Below are positions 1 to 8,524 of a stretch of DNA of 64,000 nt, in pieces (the stretch's first letter is position 1; every line of letters starts with the position of its first letter). The notes beneath the pieces were generated by a model, which had not been told where the DNA came from, did not search any database, and worked only from the letters and a program-made list of their open reading frames with translations. A program made the translations under genes and the position numbers. This DNA comes from a virus, in the IMG/VR virus record IMGVR_UViG_3300031949_000014. The stretch is one strand, 5' to 3'.

Positions 1-2
1 TG

Positions 3-422
3 TCTGCGCTCAAGCGCAAAAACGGTAAGTTGATGCCTGTTGATGTGGTGAAGCGCGCTCGTTCAAAGGCGAGCGCGCTTCACCGTCACTTCGTTTGGGA
101 CGACACCAAAGCCGCGCATGAACACCGACTGTGGCAAGCACGGGAGTTGATCGTGACCGTGCAAGTCGTGTTCGAAGGGACAGAAGGGCGTGAGGTGCAA
201 AAGTACGTGTCTCTAGCACCAGACCGTCAGAAAGGAGGAGGTTACCGCGAATTGAGCGCTGTGCTCACGAGCGCGAAGCTGCGCGCGGAGTTGTTGCAGA
301 CGGCATTCCGCGAGATGGCGTATTTCCGCGCGAAGTACAAATTCTTGCGCGAGCTGGCAGAAGTCTTCGACGCGATGCTCAGGGTAGAGCAGAAGCTCTC
401 GCGCAAGCGCAAAGCAGCTTGA
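3..422 (+). CDS. Conserved phage hypothetical protein, 5'-truncated by the window edge; directly precedes the pentamer array
   Basis: Frame is open from position 3 (SALKRKNGKLMPVDVVKRARSKASALHRHFVWDDTKAAHEHRLWQARELIV). Matches the phage family pattern NGxLxPxxVVxxARxxxSxLHxxFxWDDxxAAxxxRLxQARxLI. Confidence 0.8.
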   Translation, partial: SALKRKNGKLMPVDVVKRARSKASALHRHFVWDDTKAAHEHRLWQARELIVTVQVVFEGTEGREVQKYVSLAPDRQKGGGYRELSAVLTSAKLRAELLQTAFREMAYFRAKYKFLRELAEVFDAMLRVEQKLSRKRKAA

Positions 423-430
423 GGTTTTTA

Positions 431-882
431 GGCACGGCAGCGCAAGGTTTGGCTGGGCGCGACATGGTGTGGCAGGTGTGGCATGACAAGATGAGGCATG
501 GTTCGGCACGGCAGGCTCGGTTCGGTGGGCTAGGCCTGGCATGGGTAGGCACGGCAGGTGTGGTGTGGCAGGGCGTGGTACGGGTTGGTGCGGTTTGGTC
601 CGGCGGGCGCGGCAAGGCATGGTGTGGCACGGTACGGTTGGCGCGGCAGGTTTGGCCCGACGCGGTTTGTAAAGGCAGGGCGCGGTAAGGCACGGCTCGG
701 TGCGGCAGGCTGGGTTAGGCGAGGCACGGTTAGGTGCGGTTTGGTTAGGTATGGCGCGGCAGGTTCGGCGGGGCGCGGCCAGTCATGGTTTGGTAAGGCG
801 TGGCGCGGCAGGCGTGGCGCGGCAGGCGCGGCAGGCGAGGCAAGGCCGGGTATGGTCAGGCGCGGAATGGCGAGGCCGGCAA
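431..882 (+). repeat. Degenerate GGY-NN pentamer array, segmented by GGCA tetramers; candidate guide-type ncRNA (VIPR-like)
   Basis: Manual parse: 80 pentamers (70 begin GGC/GGT) plus 13 tetramers (9 GGCA) = 452 nt. Variable NN positions, no credible ORF. Confidence 0.95.
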
Positions 883-890
883 AGGGTGTG

Positions 891-923
891 GCACCGAGCC
901 CAACATCGGTGCGTTTCTTTCTT
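891..923 (+). terminator. Rho-independent terminator closing the array
   Basis: Stem GCACCGA (891-897)/TCGGTGC (906-912), 8-nt loop, then GTTTCTTTCTT. Confidence 0.8.
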
Positions 924-964
924 GCGCAAGTGAATAGTCCCTGCTACCTCCCGGTCTACCCCTC

Positions 965-3055
965 GTGCCCGCGCCCGCTGCCGCTGTTGAGACCCGCGAA
1001 GCTGTCCTGAAGAGGATCAAATGGGAGCGCCCCGGCAACGCGTGGAAGCTCCTGCAGATGACCAATGGCCAGACCTGGAAGGGCGCCGTCGGTGACGTCC
1101 TGCCGGGTGCATTCTTGAAGGCCGAGGGCGTCGAGGTCACGGACAACTTCGGCCTCGCGTTCGAGGTCAAGACGCTCCTCAGCTCGGTCTTGAAGGGCGC
1201 CGCCGGCGTCGAGGCCTGGATGACGTACCGCATGCCAGAGATCGGCGCTGTTCGTGCCCGCGCCCTGGTCGAGCGTTTCGGCGAGGACCTCGGGGCCACC
1301 ATCTTGAACACGCCTGCGGCGTTGGCGACCGTGCCAGGCATCACGATGGAGCGCGCGACCGCCATCCAGACGGCCTACCTCGGCTACCAGGATGAGCTCG
1401 CTTGGGTGCCGAAGCTCGTCAACAACGGCCTGCAGATGGCCCACGCCCTTGCCACTTTCAAGGCCCACGGCGTCGGCCTCGAGCAGGTCTTGGACACGGA
1501 CCCGTACGTGTTGGTGGACGTCGAGGGGCTCAGTTTCGAGGTCGTGGACGCCCTGGCGCGCCGTCTGGGCATGTCCGAGAAGGACCCCCGCCGCATGCGC
1601 GCCTGGGTGCGCAACATGCTCGAAGAGGACCTCGACGAAGGCCACTGCAACCGGCCGCTGGTCGAGGTCATCGTCGCCATCGCTAAGTGGGGTTTCCCCG
1701 CCCGCGAGGTCATCGACTTGCTGAAGCCCTCGAAGCACCTCTGGATCGAGGAGAAGACCATCTCTCTCGCGCGCATCGCCTACGCCGAGCGCCGGGTCGC
1801 CGCGGGGGTCCGAGGGCTGGTTGAGCAGGGACAGCGCGAGCTGGGCGAGGTCGAGTTGCCCGAGAGCCTCGACGCGTCGCAGAAGGCCGCCGCGCTCGCT
1901 CTCCTGGTCGAGCCCATCGTCGTCATGACCGGCGGGCCGGGCGTGGGCAAGACGCATACGCTCAAGAGCGCCCTGGACGTCATCGAATCCCGCGGCGAGC
2001 GCCCGGTCCTCGCGGCGTTCACCGGCAAGGCCGCCAAGCGCATGTCGGAGGTCACGGGGCGCCCGGCGAGCACGATTCACAAGCTCATCGGTTGGACGCC
2101 GACGGGTTGGAAGTGCGGTCCGGGCGAGCCTATTGCTGCGGACGTCATCGTCATCGACGAGGCCTCGATGGTCGACGTCGAACTCGCCGCGGCGCTCCTC
2201 GACGCCATCGGCGAGGGCACCAGGCTCATTTTGGTGGGCGACGTCGACCAAATACCTCCCGTTGGTCCGGGGCAGCCCTTGGTCGACATCATTCGTTCTG
2301 CGAAGGTTCCGGTGCATACGCTCACGAAGACGCACCGACAGTCGGCGAAAAGTTGGGTCATCGACAACGCTCGACGCATCATCAACGGGGAGGTGCCGAA
2401 CCTCGAGAGCGACGGCAGCTTCGATTTCATGGCGTGCACGGATTCGGACATGATTGTGGCTGTCGTCGTCGCGATGCAGAAGAAGTTCCCGAACGTGCAG
2501 GTCTTGACGCCGGAGCACAAGAAGGGCGCCGGCACCGTTCGCCTAAACAACGAGATTCAGGCTGCCGTCAACCCGCGCTCGAAAGAACAGTGGGCCTCGT
2601 TCATCGAGTCCAACGGCTGCAGGATTTTCGCCGGCGACCGCGTCATCTACACCAGGAACCAGCTCGGCTTGGTCAACGGCGACCTCGGTCTCGTCGAGGA
2701 CGTCGAAGTCATCGGCAACAGGAAGGTCGTCACCGTCCGCTTTGTTGGCGTCGAGAATCCAGATCCTGAGAGCATCGACGGCCTCTTCAAGCTGCAGGAC
2801 GGCAACGTGCGGCCGCTGCAGCTCGCGTACGCGCTGACCGTGCACAAGTTCCAGGGGTCGGAGCACCCCGAGGTCGTGGTCGTCGCCGACGAGGCCCACT
2901 GGAGCTTCCGCCGGCAGCTTCTCTACACCGCGGTCACGCGCACGTCCGACAAGCTCGGCATCGTCGGCTCGCGCGAGGCCGTTGCGCGCGCGGTTGCGAA
3001 GCCCAGGGACACGAATCGCAGGACGAGGTTGGTGGAGAGGATTGGTGGAGCGTGA
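965..3055 (+). CDS. recD2: RecD2-like SF1B helicase
   Basis: HhH (TVPGITMERATAI), Walker A GGPGVGKT, Walker B VIDEASM, LVGDVDQIPPVG, LTKTHRQ, AYALTVHKFQGSE, LLYTAVTR. Confidence 0.93.
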   Translation: MPAPAAAVETREAVLKRIKWERPGNAWKLLQMTNGQTWKGAVGDVLPGAFLKAEGVEVTDNFGLAFEVKTLLSSVLKGAAGVEAWMTYRMPEIGAVRARALVERFGEDLGATILNTPAALATVPGITMERATAIQTAYLGYQDELAWVPKLVNNGLQMAHALATFKAHGVGLEQVLDTDPYVLVDVEGLSFEVVDALARRLGMSEKDPRRMRAWVRNMLEEDLDEGHCNRPLVEVIVAIAKWGFPAREVIDLLKPSKHLWIEEKTISLARIAYAERRVAAGVRGLVEQGQRELGEVELPESLDASQKAAALALLVEPIVVMTGGPGVGKTHTLKSALDVIESRGERPVLAAFTGKAAKRMSEVTGRPASTIHKLIGWTPTGWKCGPGEPIAADVIVIDEASMVDVELAAALLDAIGEGTRLILVGDVDQIPPVGPGQPLVDIIRSAKVPVHTLTKTHRQSAKSWVIDNARRIINGEVPNLESDGSFDFMACTDSDMIVAVVVAMQKKFPNVQVLTPEHKKGAGTVRLNNEIQAAVNPRSKEQWASFIESNGCRIFAGDRVIYTRNQLGLVNGDLGLVEDVEVIGNRKVVTVRFVGVENPDPESIDGLFKLQDGNVRPLQLAYALTVHKFQGSEHPEVVVVADEAHWSFRRQLLYTAVTRTSDKLGIVGSREAVARAVAKPRDTNRRTRLVERIGGA

Positions 3056-3267
3056 AGTATTTTGTTCGCGTACTTGGGTTAATGTACTGCGGTATCGCGC
3101 TCGGCTATTACATGCAGGGTGGGGTCTGGGGAATTTGGCTCGCCATCGCCAACTTGCACTTGTTCATCGGGGAGCTGGCTTCTAGGTTGGATGAACTCGA
3201 GAAGAAGCGCGAACGAGGCGTCGTTCGAAATGACTTGGGGACTCAGGGAGGGGCTTGGTTGTCGTGA
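3052..3267 (+). CDS. Small membrane protein
   Basis: GTGA overlap with the helicase stop; two hydrophobic segments. Confidence 0.6.
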   Translation: MKYFVRVLGLMYCGIALGYYMQGGVWGIWLAIANLHLFIGELASRLDELEKKRERGVVRNDLGTQGGAWLS

Positions 3268-3980
3268 AACCCATCTACTCCACCATCGACCCCGTGTTCT
3301 CTCTCCCGCGGCGCGTGTCGCTCGCGGACAAGCCCGCGACAGCGAGGTTGAAGTTGAGCGAGGTGCAGCCTGCCGCGAAGGTTTCTCCCATCGTCGCAGT
3401 GATTGCCAATGTCAAAGCGTCGCGCGAGGGCGTCGCATGCCTGTGCGGCGGCGATGCGTGGGTCGCCCCCTCCAACAAGGCCGCGTACACGTGCGCGGTG
3501 TGCGCGCGGATGATCAGCTATGCCGACATGTGCCAAAGGAAGGCCGCGCTCGTTTCATCTGTGCGGTGGCCGCCGACCGCGACTGGCATCGTGGAGAGCT
3601 TGCCGCCGGAAGAGCGCTGGCGCGGAGATGTGCTCTGGCTCGGCAGGTACGACCTCGCGCCGAATGAATACGGCGCGTTGCGTTTTACGCCGCACGGGGG
3701 CTTCTTGCCGAAACGCTTCCGCATCACCGCGAGCGGGCCCGGTGTTCGGGTGCAGGTAGCGATTCAAGATCGCTTTCAGTACCGGCCAGCGAACAACTAC
3801 TTCATCGCCGGGCCGGAGGGCGGTGTTCCTCAAGACCTCTTTGCGGAAGACGCCGTGAACGACGATTTAGATCCCATCCAGCGCCAGGCCAAGGTGGAGG
3901 TGTTCACGTACAACTCGTCGCACGAGCGCAGGATCGGCTATGTCTGGTTCGAGGGTGAGAAGATCAGGGAAGTATGGTGA
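3264..3980 (+). CDS. Hypothetical protein, Zn-ribbon (CLC...CAVC) plus beta-sandwich C-terminal domain
   Basis: GTGA overlap; Cys pairs; beta-rich tail GVPQDLFAEDAVN...VEVFTYN...VWFEG. Confidence 0.7.
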   Translation: MKPIYSTIDPVFSLPRRVSLADKPATARLKLSEVQPAAKVSPIVAVIANVKASREGVACLCGGDAWVAPSNKAAYTCAVCARMISYADMCQRKAALVSSVRWPPTATGIVESLPPEERWRGDVLWLGRYDLAPNEYGALRFTPHGGFLPKRFRITASGPGVRVQVAIQDRFQYRPANNYFIAGPEGGVPQDLFAEDAVNDDLDPIQRQAKVEVFTYNSSHERRIGYVWFEGEKIREVW

Positions 3981-4291
3981 CCGACGACGACATGCTCGAG
4001 CGCCTCCCCCGTCTCGACACCGTCGACCCGCGGAAGGGTTCAGGGCAAGAGCCAGACAAGGCTCCAGACCCGGAGAAGAGCCGCTTCGAGAGCTGGTTCA
4101 TCGGACAGTTTGGCAACCGCCCCGCTCAGAAGAGCGCCGGTAGGTTGTCCGACGCGGTCGCGGTCGCCAAGCAGAACCTGCGCTTGGCTGAGGAGATGTT
4201 CGAGCGCACCGTCCAGTGGGAACACCAGTACGACGCTGCGTTGAAGGCGTGGCGCGAGCGTGAGCGGATGCGCGAGGTTGAGGGGCGATGA
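3977..4291 (+). CDS. Hypothetical protein
   Basis: Coupled by stop/start overlaps in the early gene run. Confidence 0.6.
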   Translation: MTDDDMLERLPRLDTVDPRKGSGQEPDKAPDPEKSRFESWFIGQFGNRPAQKSAGRLSDAVAVAKQNLRLAEEMFERTVQWEHQYDAALKAWRERERMREVEGR

Positions 4292-4509
4292 CGCAGTCCG
4301 ACTACTACCACGAGAAGTACGACATCTCTCTCGATACGTGGCTCGCAGATCGTCGCGAAGGCCTATCGTCTTTCGCTGCGTGGTGGGAAAAGCAAAACGC
4401 GATTGATCCAACGCGCTTTCCGCTGAAGATGTTGGCGGGCGACTGGGACGAGCAGATAGAACTTTGGGGAAGCGCGGCGGTTGCTCCTGCCAAGGCTGAA
4501 GGGCGATGA
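4288..4509 (+). CDS. Hypothetical protein
   Basis: ATGA overlap with the previous gene. Confidence 0.6.
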   Translation: MTQSDYYHEKYDISLDTWLADRREGLSSFAAWWEKQNAIDPTRFPLKMLAGDWDEQIELWGSAAVAPAKAEGR

Positions 4510-4784
4510 AGTCTCCTTTGAGAACTCTGAGGCTGCTCTCTTCCCTCTTCTTGCAGGACGCACCGCCGACATACGACCGCACGGGCTACGACATCGGCCG
4601 CCGCGTGCGTTGGCTCGACAGAGAGGGGAAGACGATGCGCGGCGTAGTTTACGGGACTGACAAGCTGACGATGCCGGCGTCGGAATTCGGGGAGGAGCAG
4701 AGCATGATCTGCCTCTTGATCCGAGATGACGAGGGTCGCGAGTGGAGTGTTGGACCCGGTGTCGAACTCCAGGACGACGAATGA
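4506..4784 (+). CDS. Hypothetical protein, SH3-like beta barrel
   Basis: ATGA overlap; IGRRVRW...RGVVYG...WSVGPG. Confidence 0.6.
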   Translation: MKSPLRTLRLLSSLFLQDAPPTYDRTGYDIGRRVRWLDREGKTMRGVVYGTDKLTMPASEFGEEQSMICLLIRDDEGREWSVGPGVELQDDE

Positions 4785-5143
4785 ACACCGTTGAAGCGTT
4801 CAACATCGTCGACGAACTGCTCGTCGACAGAAAGCCGCTCGAGGTGGACCAGAGCACGTTGAATGTGCTCGCGATGCACCCCTACGCCCGCGTGCACCGC
4901 TTCGACGCGAAGCCGCCATTGGTCGCCGAGGTGCTCGTCAAAGTCGGCAACGAGGAATTCGTCGTCCGTCGGATTCCACCGCTGGCGCCGAAACCGCAGC
5001 CCGTGCAGTACGAGTTCCGCGGTCTCGTCTGCGAGACCCATGGGCAAGTGGCACACCGTCGCGTTCGCATCGACATCCGTAATCCTTCGCCGCCGGGTGT
5101 TTGGGAATGCGTCGAGTGCGTGCCGTTGCCGCCGGAGGTGTGA
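4781..5143 (+). CDS. Hypothetical protein with Cys/His Zn-binding tail
   Basis: ATGA overlap; CETHG...WECVEC. Confidence 0.6.
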   Translation: MNTVEAFNIVDELLVDRKPLEVDQSTLNVLAMHPYARVHRFDAKPPLVAEVLVKVGNEEFVVRRIPPLAPKPQPVQYEFRGLVCETHGQVAHRRVRIDIRNPSPPGVWECVECVPLPPEV

Positions 5144-5144
5144 C

Positions 5145-5426
5145 GTGGGCAACCCTTTCGACGACATCTTCTCTGCCTTCACGCAGCAGCGCACGGACTT
5201 GTTCAACGACGCCTTGGGGAAATTGCGCGTGAAGGCCGCGCAGGAGAAGGCGACTGAGGAGAGGGTGCAGACGTTGATCCGTAAGGCCCAGAACAACATC
5301 GACCGCGCACACAACAGGGCAATTCGTGCGGCCGCGGAGGTCGAGGACTTGGACTTCTTTGCCAAGAAGAAGATCCTCCGCCTCGTGAAGCCCGTGCGTC
5401 ACGCCGAGGAGTTCGGAGAGTCGTGA
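5145..5426 (+). CDS. Hypothetical coiled-coil protein
   Basis: GTG start after GGAGG; helical, charged. Confidence 0.6.
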   Translation: MGNPFDDIFSAFTQQRTDLFNDALGKLRVKAAQEKATEERVQTLIRKAQNNIDRAHNRAIRAAAEVEDLDFFAKKKILRLVKPVRHAEEFGES

Positions 5427-5674
5427 CCGACAAGCTACACACCTACGTGTTCGAGGGCACGCGGCGAGACTCTGGACCAGGGCCGTCGTGGTCGGATTTC
5501 AGAATCGAGATCGAAGCACACACCGCCGCCGATGCTCTCACGATGTTCAAGGCAAACACCAAAGCTGAAACTAAGATGTCTATCCCGGAGCGTCCGTATT
5601 CGTTGCGCCGCATGCGAGTGAAGAAGCAGGACGCTGGGCCTGCAGCCGATGCGGAGAAAGCGCGCTATGGCTGA
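5423..5674 (+). CDS. Hypothetical protein
   Basis: GTGA overlap. Confidence 0.55.
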   Translation: MTDKLHTYVFEGTRRDSGPGPSWSDFRIEIEAHTAADALTMFKANTKAETKMSIPERPYSLRRMRVKKQDAGPAADAEKARYG

Positions 5675-5879
5675 CCTCATCCGCTTCCCGACCCTCCGCG
5701 CCCGCTGCGCGTACAAGGAACTCCGCAAGATGGGCTTCGGCGCAGAGTATTCCCGCTTCGTCGTCGAGACGCTCGAGAACGCGCGCTCGAACTGGGAGAA
5801 CTTCGGTACCGTGCAGGGCCTCCTCCGCGGGGACGGAGAGAAGACCAAGGCTTGGTTGCAAGAGCGAGGGTACGCGTGA
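5667..5879 (+). CDS. Hypothetical protein
   Basis: Overlapping start in the coupled run. Confidence 0.55.
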   Translation: MADLIRFPTLRARCAYKELRKMGFGAEYSRFVVETLENARSNWENFGTVQGLLRGDGEKTKAWLQERGYA

Positions 5880-6097
5880 TGCGGTGGGTTAGCCTTACGC
5901 GCGAGACGGAGGATATTGGAGTGCGCGTGATGGAGGATTCCACCTGGGGGTTTTGGTTCGCTTGGTTTCCTGTGACATGCGGCGCTCAAACAGTTTGGCT
6001 TGAAAAGGTCGAGAGGCGTCAGGTGTTGCAGGTTAGGTATGAAGAAGAACGAGGGTGGCCTTTTACCGTGCGTGAGTACGTTTGGGAGTATCGATGA
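5876..6097 (+). CDS. Hypothetical protein (FAWFPV...VWLEKVERR phage family)
   Basis: GTGA overlap; familiar small phage protein motif. Confidence 0.6.
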   Translation: MMRWVSLTRETEDIGVRVMEDSTWGFWFAWFPVTCGAQTVWLEKVERRQVLQVRYEEERGWPFTVREYVWEYR

Positions 6098-6348
6098 CTC
6101 TCGCTCGCCGCGTCGAGGCCGTCGCCGGTGTCTTGCGGGAGAGTCTTCCGGCGGACATGGCGGAGGAGCGCGCGAGGAATATCGTGCAAGCGCTCGTCGA
6201 CGAGGATGAGTTTCACCCGAAGATTCGGAAGATCCGTCGCGAGGACGCGGTGCGCAACGCCCTGGTCTTCTGGCATTTTGCGCCTGACGGTTGGTTCGCG
6301 TCGTTGGAACTCGAGGTGCAGATCCTCAAGGCGCTGGAGGCAACGTGA
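6094..6348 (+). CDS. Hypothetical protein
   Basis: ATGA overlap. Confidence 0.55.
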   Translation: MTLARRVEAVAGVLRESLPADMAEERARNIVQALVDEDEFHPKIRKIRREDAVRNALVFWHFAPDGWFASLELEVQILKALEAT

Positions 6349-6551
6349 AGTTCAAGTTCAAAGCCGAAGTCTGTTGCAGCCACGTGAGTTCCAACGGCAT
6401 TGACTGCCCAGCTACGACTGAGGATGTGGTCGAGCTCGAAGAGTTGCCGACAGGTCAAATCACGCTCGTCGGGTTCCACGTGCCCGAAGACTGGGACATC
6501 CAGGACCCCGTCGACGGCGCTTTCACGGTCCTGTGCCCGGAGCACAAATGA
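6345..6551 (+). CDS. Small Zn-binding hypothetical protein
   Basis: GTGA overlap; CCSH...DCP...LCPEH. Confidence 0.55.
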   Translation: MKFKFKAEVCCSHVSSNGIDCPATTEDVVELEELPTGQITLVGFHVPEDWDIQDPVDGAFTVLCPEHK

Positions 6552-7066
6552 CGCGCACCTGGCACGCCTTGGACTTCAACGATCGCAGGGTCGAGGGTTC
6601 CGTGAAGCTCCACATCGTTCCCGACGAGCTCGTCGATTGCATCGTCGCGGACTTGAAGGAGCGAGGTTCGCCGTTCTTTCGCCAGAACGTCACGCCGGTC
6701 GTCGGCCTTGACTATCCAGGCATCGTTCACATGGAAGACGTCTGGTACGACTTCCAGCTTGACGGCATCATCGCGCAGTTCAGCGCGCGCTCGTTCGAAG
6801 GTATGCTGCAGCAGCTTCGAGAACTGAAGCAACGCACTGCACCGGATGGGAAGGCGTACTTCAAGATGCACGGGTTCTTGAACTGCCTCGTGCTCGCACC
6901 CGACGACTTGATGTGTCTTCGTTCTTTGATGGTGCCGAAGCTCCAGGAAGCGCTCGCGCAGGCTGAGCTTGAAGCCCAGCGCTTCAACGAGATCTTCGTC
7001 AACAACCCTCACCCGAACGTGCACGTCGAACCTCGTTTGGTGCCCCGACGTCGAGGTGTCGCGTGA
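6548..7066 (+). CDS. Hypothetical protein
   Basis: ATGA overlap; 172 aa. Confidence 0.6.
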   Translation: MTRTWHALDFNDRRVEGSVKLHIVPDELVDCIVADLKERGSPFFRQNVTPVVGLDYPGIVHMEDVWYDFQLDGIIAQFSARSFEGMLQQLRELKQRTAPDGKAYFKMHGFLNCLVLAPDDLMCLRSLMVPKLQEALAQAELEAQRFNEIFVNNPHPNVHVEPRLVPRRRGVA

Positions 7067-7272
7067 GACTCTACGACACCATCATGGCCGTCATCGTCGC
7101 CAGACCTTCCCTCTGCCTCGACGATGTCATGGATCGACACAAGCTGGTCGAGGCCCTCGCGCACGAACTCCGAACCGGTCCCTGGCGCGCGGTCAAGGCT
7201 GAAGACGTGGAGGTCTCGCGCCCGCGAGGGCTCAAGGATAGAGTCGGCGACGTGCTGAGGAGGACGAAATGA
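7063..7272 (+). CDS. Hypothetical protein
   Basis: GTGA overlap. Confidence 0.5.
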   Translation: MRLYDTIMAVIVARPSLCLDDVMDRHKLVEALAHELRTGPWRAVKAEDVEVSRPRGLKDRVGDVLRRTK

Positions 7273-7943
7273 CCACGCTCTGCTTTCGACCAAAATTCAA
7301 CACGCCCGGCAAGAAGGACGTCACAGGGGCCTTCGCGCCCGAGCTCGCGCGCTTCATGAAGACGCGCCCGGCGAAGGAATTCGTGATCGACAACTCCAAG
7401 ACGTTCGCCCAGATGCGCAACGACGTTTTGAGCTTTCTCGCCGGCGCCGCGGATAAGGCTTTTATTGGTGTGCCTGTCGACTCGATCGCGTTCTTTTGTC
7501 ACGGCTGGCAGCAAGGCCTCCAGCTCGGTTTCCGCAACCAGAACGTGCCGGAACTGGCGAAGGCCATCTTCGACTGCGTGTCGGTGAGCCCGACGGTGGC
7601 GCTCTACTGCTGTTCGACCGGTGGCGACCCGAAGACGAAGGCGACCTCGCCTGGGACTGGTGACGGGAGCTTTGCGGACCTGCTTCGAGACAAGCTCTGT
7701 CAGACAGGACTCGAGCAGAACCGTGTGTTGGGACACGATCGTGTGGGACACACGACGAAGCTGCCATACGCAAAGTTCTTCGATGGCATGGGCAGCGCTG
7801 TGGGAGGCGCAGGAGGTTTCTATCCAGTCGCACCGGGGTCGAAGCTCTGGCCGAAGTGGCGCAAAGCGCTGCGCGAGACGGACTTGAGATTCAAATTTCC
7901 GTTCATGCGGATCGATGAGATTCACGCTGAGCTTGCTGGGTGA
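7269..7943 (+). CDS. Putative clan CD (caspase-fold, DUF4347/C80-like) cysteine peptidase
   Basis: IAFFCHGWQQGLQLG (His-Gly after a beta-strand) and VALYCCSTG (Cys-Ser after a beta-strand). Confidence 0.5.
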   Translation: MTTLCFRPKFNTPGKKDVTGAFAPELARFMKTRPAKEFVIDNSKTFAQMRNDVLSFLAGAADKAFIGVPVDSIAFFCHGWQQGLQLGFRNQNVPELAKAIFDCVSVSPTVALYCCSTGGDPKTKATSPGTGDGSFADLLRDKLCQTGLEQNRVLGHDRVGHTTKLPYAKFFDGMGSAVGGAGGFYPVAPGSKLWPKWRKALRETDLRFKFPFMRIDEIHAELAG

Positions 7944-7946
7944 TTC

Positions 7947-8285
7947 GTGAACTGGCGCGACTCTGAGGCGTTCGTGAACACCATCGTCGCTCAAGGTCTC
8001 TCCGAGAGCACCGAGGAAGACATCGAGCGCTTCTGGCGCATCTGGCAAGCAGCCGCTGGCTACGGAGCCCAGGAGACGTGGGAGAGCGTGCGCGCGAACG
8101 GCGCTCCTCCAGGCACATCACGGAAGGTCGTCTTGGGCGTGCCCGAGGACGTGCTCGAGAAGGCGCGCAGGCTTCAAGCACTCGCAATGGACGAGGCCGC
8201 GGCGCCGCAGGAGCGCGAGAACGCCTGGACAGCTTTCTCGAAAATTTGGAAGGAGCACAAGCTGCCGGGAGATTTCGGCTTATGA
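7947..8285 (+). CDS. Hypothetical protein
   Basis: ORF in the coupled run. Confidence 0.55.
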   Translation: MNWRDSEAFVNTIVAQGLSESTEEDIERFWRIWQAAAGYGAQETWESVRANGAPPGTSRKVVLGVPEDVLEKARRLQALAMDEAAAPQERENAWTAFSKIWKEHKLPGDFGL

Positions 8286-8524
8286 TCACGTTTGCGAGGT
8301 TGACTGAGCATGAAGAAGAGGAGGAGGAAGCTCTGCGTCAAGCTCAAGCCAAAGAGCGCTTGAAGGTCGCGATCGAGGTTCTGGGCGACCACGCGTGGGT
8401 GAAGACCTGGGTTCACCACCAAGGGGTTGCAGCGCTGCTCGACGCGTTGGTCGCGCGCGATGCAAAGCTCACGGCACTCGAACAAAGGTTGGAGAGTTTC
8501 TACCCGATAGCAGACGATGACTGA
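8282..8524 (+). CDS. Hypothetical protein
   Basis: ATGA overlap. Confidence 0.5.
   Translation: MITFARLTEHEEEEEEALRQAQAKERLKVAIEVLGDHAWVKTWVHHQGVAALLDALVARDAKLTALEQRLESFYPIADDD

Noticed and set aside
431-882. CRISPR array or simple microsatellite
   Set aside because: No 25-45-nt repeat with unique spacers and no cas genes; the NN positions are too variable and too regularly punctuated for slippage alone. A pure G-quadruplex role is not excluded but does not explain the GGCA punctuation.
213-1010. ORFs crossing the pentamer array (419-688, 558-1010, 700-933, 213-620, 379-693, 530-727)
   Set aside because: G/R/W/A or P/R/H/C low-complexity translations produced by the 5-nt period, with no RBS or domain; the terminator at 891-923 argues for an RNA.
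956-2518. 520-aa minus-strand ORF
   Set aside because: Antisense shadow of the RecD2 gene caused by high-GC codon bias.
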